Source: Guillardia theta CCMP2712 (Eukaryota > Protista > Cryptophyta). Taken from it: DNA of 64,000 nt. The translations under genes and the position numbers were made by a program. The notes below the pieces were generated by a model, which had not been told where the DNA came from, searched no databases, and saw only the letters and a list, made by a program, of their open reading frames with translations. This document shows positions 62,592-64,000 of this stretch, piece by piece; the stretch's first letter is position 1; the number at the start of each line of letters is the position of its first letter. The stretch spans positions 481,925 to 545,924 of the forward strand of contig NW_005434645.1 of the NCBI RefSeq assembly GCF_000315625.1. Reading direction: 5' to 3'.

Positions 62592-64000
62592 GGTGGTACT
62601 TGCAGCGATCAGCTAGTAGCGAGCTGGGGTGGGGGGGTGGGGGGGGGACGGGCAAATAGATCATCATCGACATTGCATCTGAGTGTGCAGAGGAGAGAAC
62701 CAGCATAGTTCTCCTTTTCTCACAATTCACTACCAGCACATTTGAGGTCCCTGCACTTTGGGTACAAACATGACAAAGAGATGCACTAGAGATCACAAAC
62801 ATGTATCAGCAACCCGTGTAAACACACTTCTTGACAACATGACAAATTTACAACCACAACAATATATCTGTCTTTGAATTCCCATTCCATCACCCTCCAG
62901 AGTTGTCCTTACCGAAGTGCATGGCGGCCGCCGGCCTTGTTAGATGGCTATCCACCCCCGATTATCCCCTAGAAAGCTCGATTTTTACCTGGTGGGGTAG
63001 GCTGTAATACATTTGAGTAAACATCCGGGGCTGGCATTCTACTAGTACGGTTCCGAACAACTTGCGGCGAATCATAGTACGGTCCGGCGGGCCGAGTTCC
63101 TGACACCCGCCGCCGTCGGACCGTACTTGAACTGAGTTCCGAGTCCGATCACTGCCGGGCCCGAACCCGGGGCCGCCGGCCGCGCAACTCAGACCGTGCA
63201 CCGTGGAACCAGGGAGGCCAGGCTCCGGCTCAGCTGTTCACTAACCTGATCGGATCCGAGTCGGACCGTTCGTGACAGGCCGGGCAGAGCGGCTGTCTGA
63301 CGTGTGCCGACGAACTTCGGACTCGGGAACTTGATCGGACGGCGTGACGGCAAGTATCGATCGGATGATGACCGTACTGTGTTGGACTCCGGATCATTGA
63401 AAGCTCGAGTCCGTCCGACGGTGGCCGCGCCGTCCGGATCTCCGGCCCGGGCGGGGGCCTCCGTCGCTCAACAATCATTGAAACTTCAAATGCAAGTTGC
63501 ATTCGGAAACCTCATTGGCGGTCACACGGAACCATGACGGTCCGTCACGTAAGGCGCCTGTAAGCCTCATCTCAAGATCTTTATCACGCGTCAGCAACTT
63601 CTTCGACGTGTGGCCTCCGTGTGTCCCTCGTGACCTCCGTGCCTGGCACTTACACGATTCCACCCCCACCCACCCCTTCCTGCAACTTACTACTGCTACA
63701 CCCTTCACCCACCCCCTCCTCCCCCCCGGCCTCCTTGTCTTTACTACACGGAGCTAGTTTCCGGACGGTCGGACCCTGTGATCCACCCCATATCACCGCA
63801 AGTTGATCCTGCCCTGCTCGCCCATCCCACGCCAGACGCAGCATCAGCGACTCGCCCCGCCAGCATGTGCAACATCACCGTCTACTGGTCCGAGGTCTCT
63901 CTGTCTGCCGCTCCCCGACAGTGCCGGCCTGCAGACTGCGCTGCTTTGCCTTGCAAGCGACGGGCAGAGCAGTCATCTGCGAGCGTGAGGGGGGTTACAA

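Overview
Eukaryotic nuclear DNA, gene-dense, with many short (~45-60 nt) GT/GC-AG introns and four N gaps. A plastid-targeted GGPP synthase with a bipartite signal+'AF' leader and the overall style suggest a cryptophyte such as Guillardia (inference). Recognisable genes: a VLR-like LRR protein, a decayed Crypton-type tyrosine recombinase, an SLC49-like MFS transporter, a cortactin-N/fimbrin fusion, a kinesin, a TLDc protein, a Cys-rich surface protein, Cdc14-like and OGFOD1/Tpa1-like probable pseudoenzymes, CLPTM1 and GGPPS. 39.7-57.8 kb is a rearranged block: seven whole or partial copies of a putative PD-(D/E)XK nuclease/coiled-coil gene form three inverted-repeat units, one with the spacer flipped, plus patchwork junctions. 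The most unusual signal: intergenic islands are packed with perfect palindromes centred on one base, and a decayed gene copy shows these arising as chained fold-back micro-insertions resembling hairpin-opening scars. A dyad site (TTTACTY-AAAGTT-RAGTAAA) recurs around the recombinase gene and in some islands. Exon models were read by eye; no database searches were run.
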